This document shows, one piece after another, positions 49,291 to 59,785 of a stretch of 64,000 nt of DNA. Every line of letters begins with the position of its first letter. Position 1 is the first letter of the stretch. The notes below the pieces were generated by a model, which searched no databases, was not told the DNA's origin, and saw nothing but the letters and a program-made list of their open reading frames with translations. A program made the translations under genes and the position numbers. The DNA is from Meiothermus sp. GTDB lineage: Bacteria > Deinococcota > Deinococci > Deinococcales > Thermaceae. Where the stretch lies: the NCBI GenBank assembly GCA_033762915.1, contig JANRLD010000070.1, positions 19,745 to 83,744 of the forward strand, read 5' to 3'.

Positions 49291-50394
49291 TCAAAGCACG
49301 CTCCTCGGGTCCGTGTACTCCATCCCAAAGGCCTCGGCCACGCCCAGGCAGGTCAGTTTTCCTTGGTGGGTGTTAAGGCCCAGCATCAAGGCGGGGTCTT
49401 GCTCGAGGGCTTTCAGCCCTTCCCCGGCCAGGCGGATCAGGTAGGGCAGGGTCTGGTTGGTGAGGGCGAAGGTGGAGGTGCGGGGTACGGCCCCTGGCAT
49501 GTTGGCCACCCCGTAGTGCACTACCCCGTCCACCACGTAGGTGGGGTCGGCGTGGGTGGTGGGCCGGATGGTCTCCACACAGCCGCCCTGGTCTACCGCC
49601 ACATCCACGATTACCGAGGCCTCCTTCATGGTAGAGAGCATCTCGCGGGTCACCAGCTTGGGGGCCTTGGCCCCGGGGATCAGCACCCCGCCGATCAGCA
49701 GGTCGGCGTGGCGGATCGAGGTGGCGATGTTGGCCTCGGTCGAGGCCAGGGTGATCAGCCGCCCGCCGAACACATCGTCGAGGTATTGCAGCCGGTGCTT
49801 GGACAGCTCTAGGATGGTCACCTGCGCCCCCATCCCCACCGCGATCTTGGCAGCCTGAGTCCCCACCACGCCTCCGCCGATGATCACCACGCTGGCCGGG
49901 GCCACCCCCGGCACCCCGCCCAGCAGGATGCCGCGCCCGCCGTGGGGCTTCTCGAGGGCGGCGGCCCCTACCTGCGGGGCCATCCGCCCGGCCACCTCGC
50001 TCATGGGGAGCAGCAGGGGCAGCGAGCCGTCCTCGAGCTGCACCGTCTCGTAGGCGACGCCGGTGGTTCCGCCCGCCAGCAGGGCCTGGGTGAGCGGCTG
50101 GTCGGCCGCGAGGTGGAGGTAGGTGAAGAGGATTAGGCCCTCGCGCAGGTACTTGTACTCCTCAGCGATGGGCTCCTTGACCTTAAGCACCAGCTCGGCG
50201 GCCCAGGCCCCCTCGGCGGAGACGATCTCTGCGCCCGCGCCCTGGTACTCCGCGTCGGAGATGCCCGAGCCCACGCCCGCGTTCTGCTGCACCCTTACCC
50301 GGTGCCCGCGCCGCACCAGGCTGGTCACGCCGCCGGGGGTCAGGGCCACCCGGTTCTCGAGGGTTTTGATCTCTTTGGGAACGCCGATAATCAT
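49291..50394 (-). CDS. ald: Alanine dehydrogenase
   Basis: [35 protein letters not shown] and ANMPGAVP motifs. Confidence 0.97.
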   Translation of the reverse strand: MIIGVPKEIKTLENRVALTPGGVTSLVRRGHRVRVQQNAGVGSGISDAEYQGAGAEIVSAEGAWAAELVLKVKEPIAEEYKYLREGLILFTYLHLAADQPLTQALLAGGTTGVAYETVQLEDGSLPLLLPMSEVAGRMAPQVGAAALEKPHGGRGILLGGVPGVAPASVVIIGGGVVGTQAAKIAVGMGAQVTILELSKHRLQYLDDVFGGRLITLASTEANIATSIRHADLLIGGVLIPGAKAPKLVTREMLSTMKEASVIVDVAVDQGGCVETIRPTTHADPTYVVDGVVHYGVANMPGAVPRTSTFALTNQTLPYLIRLAGEGLKALEQDPALMLGLNTHQGKLTCLGVAEAFGMEYTDPRSVL

Positions 50395-50526
50395 CGCTGC
50401 CTCCTGTGCCTTCTGCCCAAAGCGGGTTGGTTTGCCTTAGAGTAGGGCGCAGCCGCGCCGAGCGGAAGCGAGAACTTAAGGCCGGAGAGAGGTTTGACCT
50501 TCAGCTCGTAAGGCATAATGGGGTCT

Positions 50527-50979
50527 ATGCCTGCCGAGCAGGGTCTACTGGACAAAGCCAACATGGCGATCCTGGCCGAGCTACAGCGCGACGCCCGAAT
50601 CTCGTACAGCGAACTGGGGCGGCGGGTCAAGCTCTCGACCCCCGCCGTGACCGAGCGGGTGCGCCGCCTCGAGGAGGCCGGGGTCATCAGCGGCTACGGG
50701 GCCAGGGTAGAGCCCGCCACCCTGGGCTACCCCATCGTCGCCCTGATCGAACTCGAGGTGCCCCCCACCCGCTACAACAGCGTGCTGGAGTTCGCCCAGA
50801 GAACCCTCGAGATCCGCGAGTGCTACTTTGTTACGGGAGAGTCGTCGTTCGTGGCGCGGGTGGTGGCCCGCTCAGTGCAGCACCTGCAAGAGCTTATCCA
50901 GCAAATGAGTGTCTATGGCAGCACCAAGACCTCGGTGGTACTCTCGAGCCCGATCGTCAAGCACGACTTCGTCCCCTGA
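50527..50979 (+). CDS. Lrp/AsnC regulator divergent from ald (AldR-like)
   Basis: LQRDARISYSELG...ERVRRLEEAGVISGY and VTGE motifs. Start is 50518 or 50527. Confidence 0.92.
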   Translation: MPAEQGLLDKANMAILAELQRDARISYSELGRRVKLSTPAVTERVRRLEEAGVISGYGARVEPATLGYPIVALIELEVPPTRYNSVLEFAQRTLEIRECYFVTGESSFVARVVARSVQHLQELIQQMSVYGSTKTSVVLSSPIVKHDFVP

Positions 50980-50983
50980 ACCC

Positions 50984-51472
50984 ATGAGCCGAGCCTTTGT
51001 TAAAGAAGATTCCAGCGGCCAGGACATCACCATCCCGGCCCGCGCACCTCTGCCCGAGGGCACCCCCAACTACGTGACCCCCAGGGGATTGGGCCTCCTG
51101 GAGGCCGAGCGCGAGGCGCTGTTGGCCGAGCTGTCGCAGGCCCAGGGCGACCCGGCCACCACGGCGCTGGCTCAGGGCAAGCTCGAGCTTCTGGAGGAGC
51201 GGCTCTCGAGCGCAAAGCTCGTCAAGCCAGAGATCGCGCCCCAAGGTCAAGTGGGCATCGGCAGCACGGTAACTTTGTTGACGGACGGAAAAGAACGCCG
51301 CCTGACCATCGTGGGCGTAGACGAGGCCGACGCGCTGTCGGGTCGGGTGGCTTTTATCTCACCCATAGCGCAGGTGTTGATCGGGCATAGCGTTGGGGAC
51401 GAGGTGAGTTTGAAGACGGCTCGAGGGACGCAGACCCTGAAGATTGTTGAGGTGGAAATCGGGGCCGCATAA
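50984..51472 (+). CDS. GreA/GreB-domain protein (MSRAFVKE subfamily)
   Basis: NYVTPRG, VGIGSTV, IVGVDEAD and ISPIAQVL motifs. Confidence 0.88.
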   Translation: MSRAFVKEDSSGQDITIPARAPLPEGTPNYVTPRGLGLLEAEREALLAELSQAQGDPATTALAQGKLELLEERLSSAKLVKPEIAPQGQVGIGSTVTLLTDGKERRLTIVGVDEADALSGRVAFISPIAQVLIGHSVGDEVSLKTARGTQTLKIVEVEIGAA

Positions 51473-51570
51473 CTCCTTTTGGAGGCCGGTTTATCCTTTG
51501 TCGAGGTCGCCAGCATTAGCGGGATTGCCCGCCAAGACGCCGCGCCTGAAACTTGCTGGGCACGGCCAAC

Positions 51571-52035
51571 TCACACAACTTCGTTCAAACGCTGATCGGG
51601 ATGGACTTCATGCATGAGCTTGCGCAGCTTCGCTAACGAGATCGGACGCTGGCCGTTGCTCTGGGGCTTGCCACAGCCCACCCACGCCAACTCACCCGGC
51701 CCGTTGAATACCTCGACCGTTGTTCCGTCTTTTTTCAGTTGCAGCACAATCAGGTGAACTGGCTGTGCCCGCAGCGCCACGGACGAACCCTGCGTGACCT
51801 TGATCTGGACCGCACGCCCGTCAGGTGCGAGGGCGTCGTGGGTCGCGCTCGAGGCCCTGTACAAGTCTAAACCGTACCGGTGAGCCGCGATCACCTCGCC
51901 GATACTGCCCACCAGATGACCGTCAGGCTTGAAGGCCCGCCCCGGGAAGAGCGTCTCCATCTCCGCAACAACCGCATACAGCCTTCGCACCAGCTCCGGC
52001 ACGCGTTCGGTCGGGTGAGAGACGGTATCGCGCAT
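51571..52035 (-). CDS. DUF6998-like protein with possible PD-(D/E)xK nuclease fold
   Basis: PDGHLVGSIGEV, HDA...VQIKVTQ and EVFNGPG motifs; lower GC than its neighbours. Confidence 0.7.
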   Translation of the reverse strand: MRDTVSHPTERVPELVRRLYAVVAEMETLFPGRAFKPDGHLVGSIGEVIAAHRYGLDLYRASSATHDALAPDGRAVQIKVTQGSSVALRAQPVHLIVLQLKKDGTTVEVFNGPGELAWVGCGKPQSNGQRPISLAKLRKLMHEVHPDQRLNEVV

Positions 52036-52048
52036 GTCGTTTTATCTC

Positions 52049-53500
52049 TTATACGTTGTAGGTGCTGCTGGCTGTCGTCCCACCCCGACCGGTCCAGTTG
52101 GTGTGGAAGAACTGCCCCCTGGGCTTGTCGGTGCGCTCGTAGGTGTGGGCCCCGAAGTAGTCGCGCTGGGCCTGGACGAGGTTGGTGGAGAGGGTGCCGG
52201 TGCGGTAGCCGTCAAAGTAGGCCAGAGCGCTGCTGAACGCCGGCGTCCAGACCCCGTGCAAGGCGGCGGTGGAGACCACCTGCCGCCAGGCGTTCTGGCT
52301 GCCCCGGATGATCTCGGTGAAGTAGGGGTCGAGGAGCAGGTTGGCCAGGCCGGGGTTTTTGTCGTAGGCGGCCTTGATGTTCTCGAGGAACCGCGCCCGG
52401 ATGATGCACCCCTCGCGCCACATCAGGGCGATGGAGCCGTAGTCGAGGCTCCAGCCGAACTCGCGGGCGGTCATCTGCATTAGCTGGTAGCCCTGGGCGT
52501 AGGAGCATATCTTGGAGGCGTAGAGGGCCTGGCGTACCAGCTCGGTGAAGTGGCCCTTCTCCATTGTGAAGGGGATTTGCGGCCCACTAAACAACCTGGC
52601 GGCCTCGAGGCGTTCTTCTTTCAGGGCGCTGATGCAGCGGGCGAAGACGGCCTCGGCGATGGTGGAGGCCGGAGCCCCGACATCCAGCGCCGTCACCGAG
52701 GTCCACTTTCCGGTGCCCTTCTGCCCTGCCGCGTCGAGGATCACGTCCACCAAATCCTTGCCGGTCTCCTCATCCTTCTTGGTCAGGATGTCGGCGGTGA
52801 TCTCGATCAGGTAGCTGTCGAGCTCGCCCTGGTTCCACTCGGCAAAGATGGCAGCGATCTCGGCGTTGGACATGCCCGCGACCTGCCGCAGCAGGCTGTA
52901 GGCCTCAGCGATCATCTGCATGTCGCCGTACTCGATGCCGTTGTGCACCATCTTGACAAAGTGCCCCGCCCCGTCCTGGCCCACCCAGTCGCAGCAGGGC
53001 GAGCCGTCGGCGACCTTGGCAGCAATGCCCTGAAAGATCGGCCGGACGTGCTCCCAGGCCCTGGGGTCGCCCCCCGGCATGATCGAGGGGCCGTGCAGCG
53101 CGCCCTCCTCGCCGCCCGAGACCCCGGTGCCGACGAACAGCAGGCCCTTCTCGGCCAGCTCTCTGGTGCGGCGGTTGGTGTCGGCGTAGTGGCTGTTGCC
53201 ACCGTCGATGATGATGTCGCCAGGCTCCAAGAGCGGCAGCAGTTGCTGGATGCTCGAGTCTACTGGCCCGCCCGCCTTGACCATCAGCATGACCTTGCGC
53301 GGCCTCTTAAGCTGGCCCACGAACTCCTGTAGGCTCGACGCCCCGACAATGTTCTTGCCCTTGGCCCGGCCCTCGGTGAACTCCCGCACCTTCTCGACCG
53401 TGCGGTTGAAGGCCGAGACCGTGAACCCCTTGCTCTCCATGTTCAGGATGAGGTTCTCCCCCATCACCGCCAGCCCGATCACCCCGATGTCACTCTGCAT
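52049..53500 (-). CDS. gnd: 6-phosphogluconate dehydrogenase (NADP+, decarboxylating)
   Basis: [26 protein letters not shown] and [12 protein letters not shown] motifs. Confidence 0.97.
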   Translation of the reverse strand: MQSDIGVIGLAVMGENLILNMESKGFTVSAFNRTVEKVREFTEGRAKGKNIVGASSLQEFVGQLKRPRKVMLMVKAGGPVDSSIQQLLPLLEPGDIIIDGGNSHYADTNRRTRELAEKGLLFVGTGVSGGEEGALHGPSIMPGGDPRAWEHVRPIFQGIAAKVADGSPCCDWVGQDGAGHFVKMVHNGIEYGDMQMIAEAYSLLRQVAGMSNAEIAAIFAEWNQGELDSYLIEITADILTKKDEETGKDLVDVILDAAGQKGTGKWTSVTALDVGAPASTIAEAVFARCISALKEERLEAARLFSGPQIPFTMEKGHFTELVRQALYASKICSYAQGYQLMQMTAREFGWSLDYGSIALMWREGCIIRARFLENIKAAYDKNPGLANLLLDPYFTEIIRGSQNAWRQVVSTAALHGVWTPAFSSALAYFDGYRTGTLSTNLVQAQRDYFGAHTYERTDKPRGQFFHTNWTGRGGTTASSTYNV

Positions 53501-53579
53501 TATTTGACTCCTGTCGTGTTTAGGGTTCAGCCGTGGGTTTTTCGCGGTCAGCCATTAGACCCCAGTTAACCGCTACCCG

Positions 53580-54092
53580 CTAATCGCCTAAAGCCTCCAA
53601 CTGCCCCACAACCCGCCGCACGATGGCCTCGATGGGTTCGCTTATGTCTACGGTGATGGCGTTGGCAGGGGGCTCGAGGGTGTTGAGCTGACTTTCCAGT
53701 AGCGTCACGGGCATAAAGTGCTCCCGGCGCTGCATCCGCTGGGCGATTAGCTCGCGGCTGCCTTGCAAGAATACCACCTCCACGCCGGTTAAACCCTGGG
53801 CAAGGGTCTGGCGGTAGCGCTCTTTTAGGGCCGAGCAGGCCAAGATCAGCGGCCTGTCGGCCCGCAGGTGGGCCTCAATTAATCCGCGAAGCCGAAACAG
53901 CCAGGGCTCGCGGTCGGCGTCGGTGAGGGACTGGCCGCTCGCCATTTTCTGGCGGTTGGACTCGGGGTGGTAGTCGTCGGCGTCGGCAAACGCCCAACCC
54001 AGGGTTTCGGCCAGCGCCCGGCCCACGGTAGTCTTGCCCGAGCCCGAGACGCCCATGACGAGGACGGCTCGAGTCCTCACACCGCCCTCCAC
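53580..54092 (-). CDS. gntK: Gluconokinase (GntK/IdnK type)
   Basis: MGVSGSGKT, DADDYHP, ACSALK, HFMP and LESQ..TLEPP motifs. Confidence 0.93.
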   Translation of the reverse strand: MEGGVRTRAVLVMGVSGSGKTTVGRALAETLGWAFADADDYHPESNRQKMASGQSLTDADREPWLFRLRGLIEAHLRADRPLILACSALKERYRQTLAQGLTGVEVVFLQGSRELIAQRMQRREHFMPVTLLESQLNTLEPPANAITVDISEPIEAIVRRVVGQLEALGD

Positions 54093-54490
54093 GGCCAGGC
54101 CACGCAGGCCCGCACCTCGGGGAACAGCACCAAGTCCGCCTTGCCCTTGAAGGTCAGGGTGGTGATGTTCATTCCAGGCAACAGCTCTCTGGCTTTGTTC
54201 AGCGTTGCCCCGGTCACGCTCACGTCGTCCACCAGCAACACCCGCCCACCTATAGGGACTAGAGGTAAGGGCTCGAGCAGTTCCGGCTCAGCCCTGCGCG
54301 GTTTATTGTCGTCATCGCGGTAGTTAATCCGCAGCAGCACCAGCGGCACGCCAAGTTGGTGCGCCGCCATCGCGGCGGGGACGATACCCCCCCTGGCGAT
54401 CCCCACCACCACGTCCACCTCGGGCAAGGTCAGCCCCCGCAGCCGAGCGCTGATCTCGGAGAACTCGAGCCCGACCTTTACCGCACTCAT
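54077..54490 (-). CDS. Type I phosphoribosyltransferase-family protein
   Basis: GIARGG and VLLVDDVSVTGATL motifs. Confidence 0.88.
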   Translation of the reverse strand: MSAVKVGLEFSEISARLRGLTLPEVDVVVGIARGGIVPAAMAAHQLGVPLVLLRINYRDDDNKPRRAEPELLEPLPLVPIGGRVLLVDDVSVTGATLNKARELLPGMNITTLTFKGKADLVLFPEVRACVAWPWRAV

Positions 54491-55761
54491 GCCCCCTCCC
54501 GCACCCGGTAGAGCGTCTCGCCCGCCTTGCGAACCAGCAGCACGCCCTCATCTTCCTTATTAGCGTAGTCTTCCGGATCTATCGCGTCGGGGTTGAGGTA
54601 GCCCAGGTTCAGCCGGGCGCAGTCCTCCGGGCCGATACGACTGGCCAGGGTGACCCTGACTCGAGGCACTTCCCTGCCGTCTATCCAGGCCCCGCCGCCG
54701 CGCACGTGGGTGCTGTGGGCCACCACCCCCAGCGGGACGTGGGCGAAGCGCTCCCACTGGTTCAGGAAGTAGGGCACCGAGTGGTAGCCGATCTCATAGA
54801 TGTAGCGGCCGTGGACCAGGCTCACCGTGTCAAGGTGCGGGGCATAGATGATCAACTCGCCGCCATCGGCGAGGGCGGGGTCGAGCTTGTACATGGCCTT
54901 GCCTGCGGTCCAGAGTTCGTCGTACATCGGCGGGGCGCAAGAAAGAATCTTCTTGAACGGCCGATCCACCCAGACGATGTGGCGCCTGCTCGAGAGGTCG
55001 GCCGCCGCGCTCCAGGCCGAGACGTGGTCGCCCACGAATATCCCCGACAGCCCGCTGCCCTGTACCACCAGAGAAATCAGGGTGATGGGGGTAGGGACGT
55101 GGCGGGCGGCCTCGTGGATCAGGGCCCGCACCGGGGTGTCCTTCAGCCCGATGGTGCCGCGCACCCCGGCCAGCGCCCCCAGCCAGTGGGTCACGTTGAT
55201 CATCTCGGCCCCGCTGATGCCGGGGAACAGGTACTTGGCCCCGCCCGAGAAGCCGACCACCTCGTGGGGGAAGGTGGGGCCGAGGATGAGGAGCTGGTCG
55301 GCCTCCACCGCCGCCCGGTTCAGCCGCACCCCCACGTCGGAGCCCAGAGTGGGATGCCAACGTTCGCCCGCGATCTCCTTGACCCGTGCCTGGGAAACCA
55401 CCCCGACGGTCGCCAGCACGCTGGGGTCTTGCCAGGCGTGGTTGAGGATGCCGACGTGTTTGTAAACGGTGGCCCGCTCCTCCGCACTGACGCCGACCAG
55501 CTTGTTCAGCTGTTCCTCAGTCAGCGGCGGGTGGGTGCCCAGCGCCACCATGAACTCGAGCCTGGCGACGCCCTCGAGGGCCTCCACCAGCATCCGGAAG
55601 AGCTGCGGCAGGGGCAGGGTGCGGGTGTGGTCGGGGATCAGGACCAGGACTTTCTGGCCGCTAAAGCGCCCCCGCAGGGGCTCGAAAGCTTTCTGGATTT
55701 GCCCGGCGCTCAGCAACTCGCCCACCGGGGCCATGGCTTGGGATAGCAGGTGGGGGCTCAT
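54487..55761 (-). CDS. LarA-superfamily (nickel-pincer) racemase/epimerase
   Basis: IPDHTR, ALGTH, PHEVVGFSGGAKYLFPG and TH motifs. Confidence 0.85.
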   Translation of the reverse strand: MSPHLLSQAMAPVGELLSAGQIQKAFEPLRGRFSGQKVLVLIPDHTRTLPLPQLFRMLVEALEGVARLEFMVALGTHPPLTEEQLNKLVGVSAEERATVYKHVGILNHAWQDPSVLATVGVVSQARVKEIAGERWHPTLGSDVGVRLNRAAVEADQLLILGPTFPHEVVGFSGGAKYLFPGISGAEMINVTHWLGALAGVRGTIGLKDTPVRALIHEAARHVPTPITLISLVVQGSGLSGIFVGDHVSAWSAAADLSSRRHIVWVDRPFKKILSCAPPMYDELWTAGKAMYKLDPALADGGELIIYAPHLDTVSLVHGRYIYEIGYHSVPYFLNQWERFAHVPLGVVAHSTHVRGGGAWIDGREVPRVRVTLASRIGPEDCARLNLGYLNPDAIDPEDYANKEDEGVLLVRKAGETLYRVREGA

Positions 55762-56076
55762 ACGTTCTGGCTGCCCGGCTGGAGCGGGAGGGTGGCCCGG
55801 AAAAACTCAAAGCCCCTCGAAATGCCGGCGTACCAGCCGCCCGCCACCCCACACCCGCCGCGATCCGCATTTTATCCCTCATGGGCCTTCTTCCGCCTCG
55901 AGCACAGACCGTGCGCCGTCATCTTGGGCCGGGCCGCCTACGTCTGGCCATACGCGCTGCAGCCCGGAGGGTCGTCTCGAGACGCGCTGGGAGAAGCTTC
56001 TTCGGGCCCGCTGCGGGATCTAAAACCAACACAGGCTGCTTTCACCGCCCTTAAGTCCCTATAGGCTTTGTGGGAC

Positions 56077-57033
56077 ATGCTAAAGCAATTATCCGCACTC
56101 TTCTTCCTCCTTATCCTGCTGGGCGGCTGTGCACCCGCCATCGTGCCGCCGGCGGGACCGGACGGCAGCACCCTCCGCCCGGCCTTGAACGGCGAACGGC
56201 GAACGTTTACCCTCCCCGGGTTTGGCAGAGTTGCCTACTACGCCAACCCGCGTGGCACCGGGCGCCCCCTCATCCTTACCCACGCGGTCAACGCCGCCGC
56301 CAGCGCCTACGAGATGAAGCCGATCTGGGACGCCTACGCGGGCAGCCGTCCGCTGTACGCGCTCGAGTGGCCCGGCTTCGGCAGCAGCGACCGCCCCGAC
56401 ATCCAGTACACGCCGGCCCTTATGACCCAGGCCCTGCGGACGCTGGTTGATCTGTTGGGCGGCGATGTGGACGTGGTAGCGCTCAGCCTGGGCAGCGAGT
56501 TCGCCGCCAGGGCGGCCCTGGCCGAGCCGCGCATCAAGACCCTCGCGCTCATCAGCCCCAGCGGCTTCGGGAACCCCACCGGCACCTCCCAGACCGCCAG
56601 CGAGCAGGACGGCGGCAACCAGCTCTTCGGCATCCTGAGCACGCTCGGCGACCCGATCTTTGGCTTCCTGAGCAGCCGCTACGGCCTCAACCTGTTTCTG
56701 GATTTAAGCTTCAGGAACCGAGTGCCCGATGATGTGCTGGAGTACGCCTTCGAGACCGCCCAGCAGCCCGGAGCCAAGCTGGCCCCCATCTACTTTGTCA
56801 GCGGTCGGCTGTTCACCCGCAACGCCTACGCCGATTTGTACGATAAACTGACCATCCCGGTATTGGTGCTCTACGACCAAGATGCCTATGTATCCTTTGA
56901 TGGCCTGCCGCGTTTCGCGCAAAAACCCAACGCAGCCCTGGTTCGCATCCCCGAAACCGACGGCCTGCCGCAGTTCGAGAAGATGGGCGAGGTGAAAACC
57001 GCCCTGGATGCTTTCTGGGCCAGGACCCGGTAG
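56077..57033 (+). CDS. Alpha/beta hydrolase lipoprotein
   Basis: Lipobox [22 protein letters not shown] and ALSLG motifs. Confidence 0.85.
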   Translation: MLKQLSALFFLLILLGGCAPAIVPPAGPDGSTLRPALNGERRTFTLPGFGRVAYYANPRGTGRPLILTHAVNAAASAYEMKPIWDAYAGSRPLYALEWPGFGSSDRPDIQYTPALMTQALRTLVDLLGGDVDVVALSLGSEFAARAALAEPRIKTLALISPSGFGNPTGTSQTASEQDGGNQLFGILSTLGDPIFGFLSSRYGLNLFLDLSFRNRVPDDVLEYAFETAQQPGAKLAPIYFVSGRLFTRNAYADLYDKLTIPVLVLYDQDAYVSFDGLPRFAQKPNAALVRIPETDGLPQFEKMGEVKTALDAFWARTR

Positions 57034-57094
57034 CAGACGCCGGTTGTGACCCATGAACCGCCCGGGTCTCGAAGCCGTGGAAGAATCGGGGCGT

Positions 57095-57892
57095 ATGGCG
57101 AAACCCTGGCTGGCTTTACTCGCCGCGTGCTGCGGCCTGGCCCTTGCCCAAACCCCCAGCTGGCCCCCCAAGGTCGAGAGCGGGCAGACCTGGAGCTTCG
57201 TCCTCGAGGCCTCCGGACAGCGCTTCATTTGGAATGTGAAGATTGGCGCGGTGGTACGCGGCAACATCTACGCCGCCACCGCCGAAGGCGTAGACCGGCG
57301 CACTGCCCAGGTAGCCTACTTCGCCGACACCCTGCCCGGCACCAACTACAAAGACGTGCTGGTGTTCGACTTCCAAGCCCCCTCGGTCAGCTCGAGCTTC
57401 ACCCAGCCCTTCGCCTGCATCATCTTTAACAACGGGCGCGGCAACATCCCCCTGGCCCCCGGCGCGGTCTGCAGCGCCACCCTGGGTGCCGCCACCGGCC
57501 CCACCACCCCAAGCAGTGCCGAGGCCCCGGCTTGGCTGCGCGAGGCCCGGCGCGTCCCTGCCGCGGGCCAGAGCTGGCGGCTCGAGGCCTTCAACGTAGT
57601 CTGGGGCCTGAACTTCGCCAAGGCTGAGGGCGACGGCCTCTCGGGCACGGCCAGAATCCTCGAGAACCGTAGCGGCGACCAACTCCCGCCCGACTGGAAC
57701 CTCCGCCTAACCTACGCGGGCCGCACGGCGCGGCTCGAGATCTCGGCGGGCCAGGCCACCATCGCCTGTGTGCTTGACGACCAGTTCCAGAACGCGGTCA
57801 ACGGGGTGCTGCGGGCCGATGCCAACCTGTTCCGCCAGGGCGTGCAGGGCAGCCAGGCCCAAAGCACCTGCCGCGTGGTGCTCAACCCCTGA
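57095..57892 (+). CDS. Hypothetical secreted protein with internal duplication
   Basis: Signal peptide ending ALAQ and two similar Cys-pair domains. Confidence 0.7.
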   Translation: MAKPWLALLAACCGLALAQTPSWPPKVESGQTWSFVLEASGQRFIWNVKIGAVVRGNIYAATAEGVDRRTAQVAYFADTLPGTNYKDVLVFDFQAPSVSSSFTQPFACIIFNNGRGNIPLAPGAVCSATLGAATGPTTPSSAEAPAWLREARRVPAAGQSWRLEAFNVVWGLNFAKAEGDGLSGTARILENRSGDQLPPDWNLRLTYAGRTARLEISAGQATIACVLDDQFQNAVNGVLRADANLFRQGVQGSQAQSTCRVVLNP

Positions 57893-57899
57893 GGCAGCC

Positions 57900-58301
57900 A
57901 TGCGTGCGCTGATACTGTCGCTGGCACTTTTATGCTCGGCCTTAGCCCAGGGCGAGCGCGGCTTTCAGACCCCCTCGGGCAACATCCACTGCATGATTTA
58001 CGCGCTCGACGGCAACTGGGAGATCCGCTGTGACATCCTCCAGACCACCAACCGCCCCCCGGTCCGGCCCGCCGACTGCACCCTGGACTGGGGCAACGCC
58101 TTCTTCATGACCCCCACTGGCCGCGCGGCCCGCATATGCCACGGCGACACCGTGGCCAACCCGAACCACCCCAAGCTGGCGTACGGGCAGACCCTTAGCT
58201 ACCAGGGCTTCACCTGTGTCTCGAGAACCACCGGCCTGCGCTGTACCAACAAGAGCGGTCGGGGGTTTGAGCTCTCACGGGCCAGGCAAGTGGTCTTCTA
58301 A
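57900..58301 (+). CDS. DUF6636-like Cys-rich secreted protein
   Basis: FQTPSGNIHC, RCDI, CHGDT, LAYG and CVS..TGLRC...GRGFELSR motifs. Confidence 0.8.
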   Translation: MRALILSLALLCSALAQGERGFQTPSGNIHCMIYALDGNWEIRCDILQTTNRPPVRPADCTLDWGNAFFMTPTGRAARICHGDTVANPNHPKLAYGQTLSYQGFTCVSRTTGLRCTNKSGRGFELSRARQVVF

Positions 58302-58409
58302 CGGCAGCGGTGCCCGTTGCCCCACAAGCTCGGCCATGCCCGCAGGGCCGCTTTCGCCCTCCGACCTTCGTCCTTCAACTTGCTTCACCCCTACTGGTAG
58401 ACTCTCCTC

Positions 58410-59750
58410 ATGTTGAAACTCGAGCTATCCAACCTATCTGCCAGCCGCATTGGGAACAAGCACGGGCTGAACCTCGAGGCAGAGTTCGCTGCGGGCGCGG
58501 GCAAGCTGGACCTGGCGCGGGACATGCTGACCTCGCGGAAACACAAGGCCGAGGAGTTCCTGGGCTGGATCGACATCCCCGAGGACACCGAGGCGGTGCG
58601 GCAGGTGCTGCGCTACCGCGAAGCGAATGCGTGGGTCGAGGACTTTGTGGTGCTGGGTATCGGCGGGTCGGCGCTGGGCACCCAGTGTGTGGAGGCCGCC
58701 CTGGGCAACAGCAAGGTGCGGATTCACTACGTCGACAACGTGGAGCCCGAGCCCATCCTGCGGCTGTTGCGGACGCTGGACGCCACCAAGACCCTGGTCA
58801 ACGTGATCTCCAAGTCGGGCTCCACCGCCGAGACCATGGCGGCCTTCCTGGTCTTCCGGCAGTGGCTCGAGCTGTCCCACGGCACGGACTGGAAGAAGCA
58901 CGTGGTCGTCACCACCGACCCCGCCAAGGGCATCCTGCGGCCCTACGCCCAGGCCGAGGGCCTCACGGCCTTCGAGGTGCCGCCCTCGGTGGGGGGGCGC
59001 TTCAGCGTGACCTGCCCGGTGGGGACGCTGCCGCTGGCCTTCGCTGGGGTGGACCTCGAGAACCTGATGGCCGGTGCGAGACGGGCCAACCAGACCGCCA
59101 CTGCCGCCTTCGCCGAGAACCTCCCGGCCCAGACCGCCCTAATCCACGACCTGCTCACCAAACGCGGCAAGAACATCCTGGTGATGATGCCCTACTCTAC
59201 CCGCCTGCGCTTCCTACCCGACTGGTTCGTGCAGCTCCACGACGAGAGCCTGGGCAAAACCCTGGACAAGCAGGGCAAAGAGGTGCGAACGGGCACCACC
59301 GCCGTCCGTGCTGTCGGCACCACCGACCAGCACGCCCAGGTCCAGCTCTTCCGCGAGGGCCCGCACGACAAGAGCGTGCTGATCGTGCGCCTCGAGCGGC
59401 CCTCGGAAGACCTCGAGATCCCGGCCGTGCAGGGTCTGGACGGCCTGAATTACCTCTTCGGGCGAAGCTTCTTCGAGCTGCTCACCGCCGAAGCCAAGGC
59501 CACCGCCCACGCCCTGGCCAAGGCCCAGCAGGCCAACTTCACAATCACCCTGGAAAAGCTCGACGCCCACAACCTGGGCTGGCTCCTCCAACACCTGATG
59601 TGGCAGACCGCCTACCTGGGCGAACTCTGGAACATCAACGCCTTCGACCAGCCCGGCGTAGAGCTGGGCAAGGAGTACACCTACGCCCTGATGGGCCGCA
59701 AGGGCTGGGAGAAGCTGGCCGAGGAGTTAAGGACCGAAGGGGTGAAGTAG
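58410..59750 (+). CDS. pgi: Glucose-6-phosphate isomerase
   Basis: GIGGSALG, SKSGSTAET, VGGRFSV, QLHDESLGK and FDQPGVELGK motifs. Confidence 0.97.
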   Translation: MLKLELSNLSASRIGNKHGLNLEAEFAAGAGKLDLARDMLTSRKHKAEEFLGWIDIPEDTEAVRQVLRYREANAWVEDFVVLGIGGSALGTQCVEAALGNSKVRIHYVDNVEPEPILRLLRTLDATKTLVNVISKSGSTAETMAAFLVFRQWLELSHGTDWKKHVVVTTDPAKGILRPYAQAEGLTAFEVPPSVGGRFSVTCPVGTLPLAFAGVDLENLMAGARRANQTATAAFAENLPAQTALIHDLLTKRGKNILVMMPYSTRLRFLPDWFVQLHDESLGKTLDKQGKEVRTGTTAVRAVGTTDQHAQVQLFREGPHDKSVLIVRLERPSEDLEIPAVQGLDGLNYLFGRSFFELLTAEAKATAHALAKAQQANFTITLEKLDAHNLGWLLQHLMWQTAYLGELWNINAFDQPGVELGKEYTYALMGRKGWEKLAEELRTEGVK

Positions 59751-59756
59751 GGTATA

Positions 59757-59772
59757 GAGCGGTTCCCACGAA
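59757..59772 (+). repeat. Solo end of the mini-element family
   Basis: TA-GAGCGGTTCCCACGAA, 6 nt after the pgi stop. Confidence 0.65.
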
Positions 59773-59785
59773 CCCTCTCACCCTT

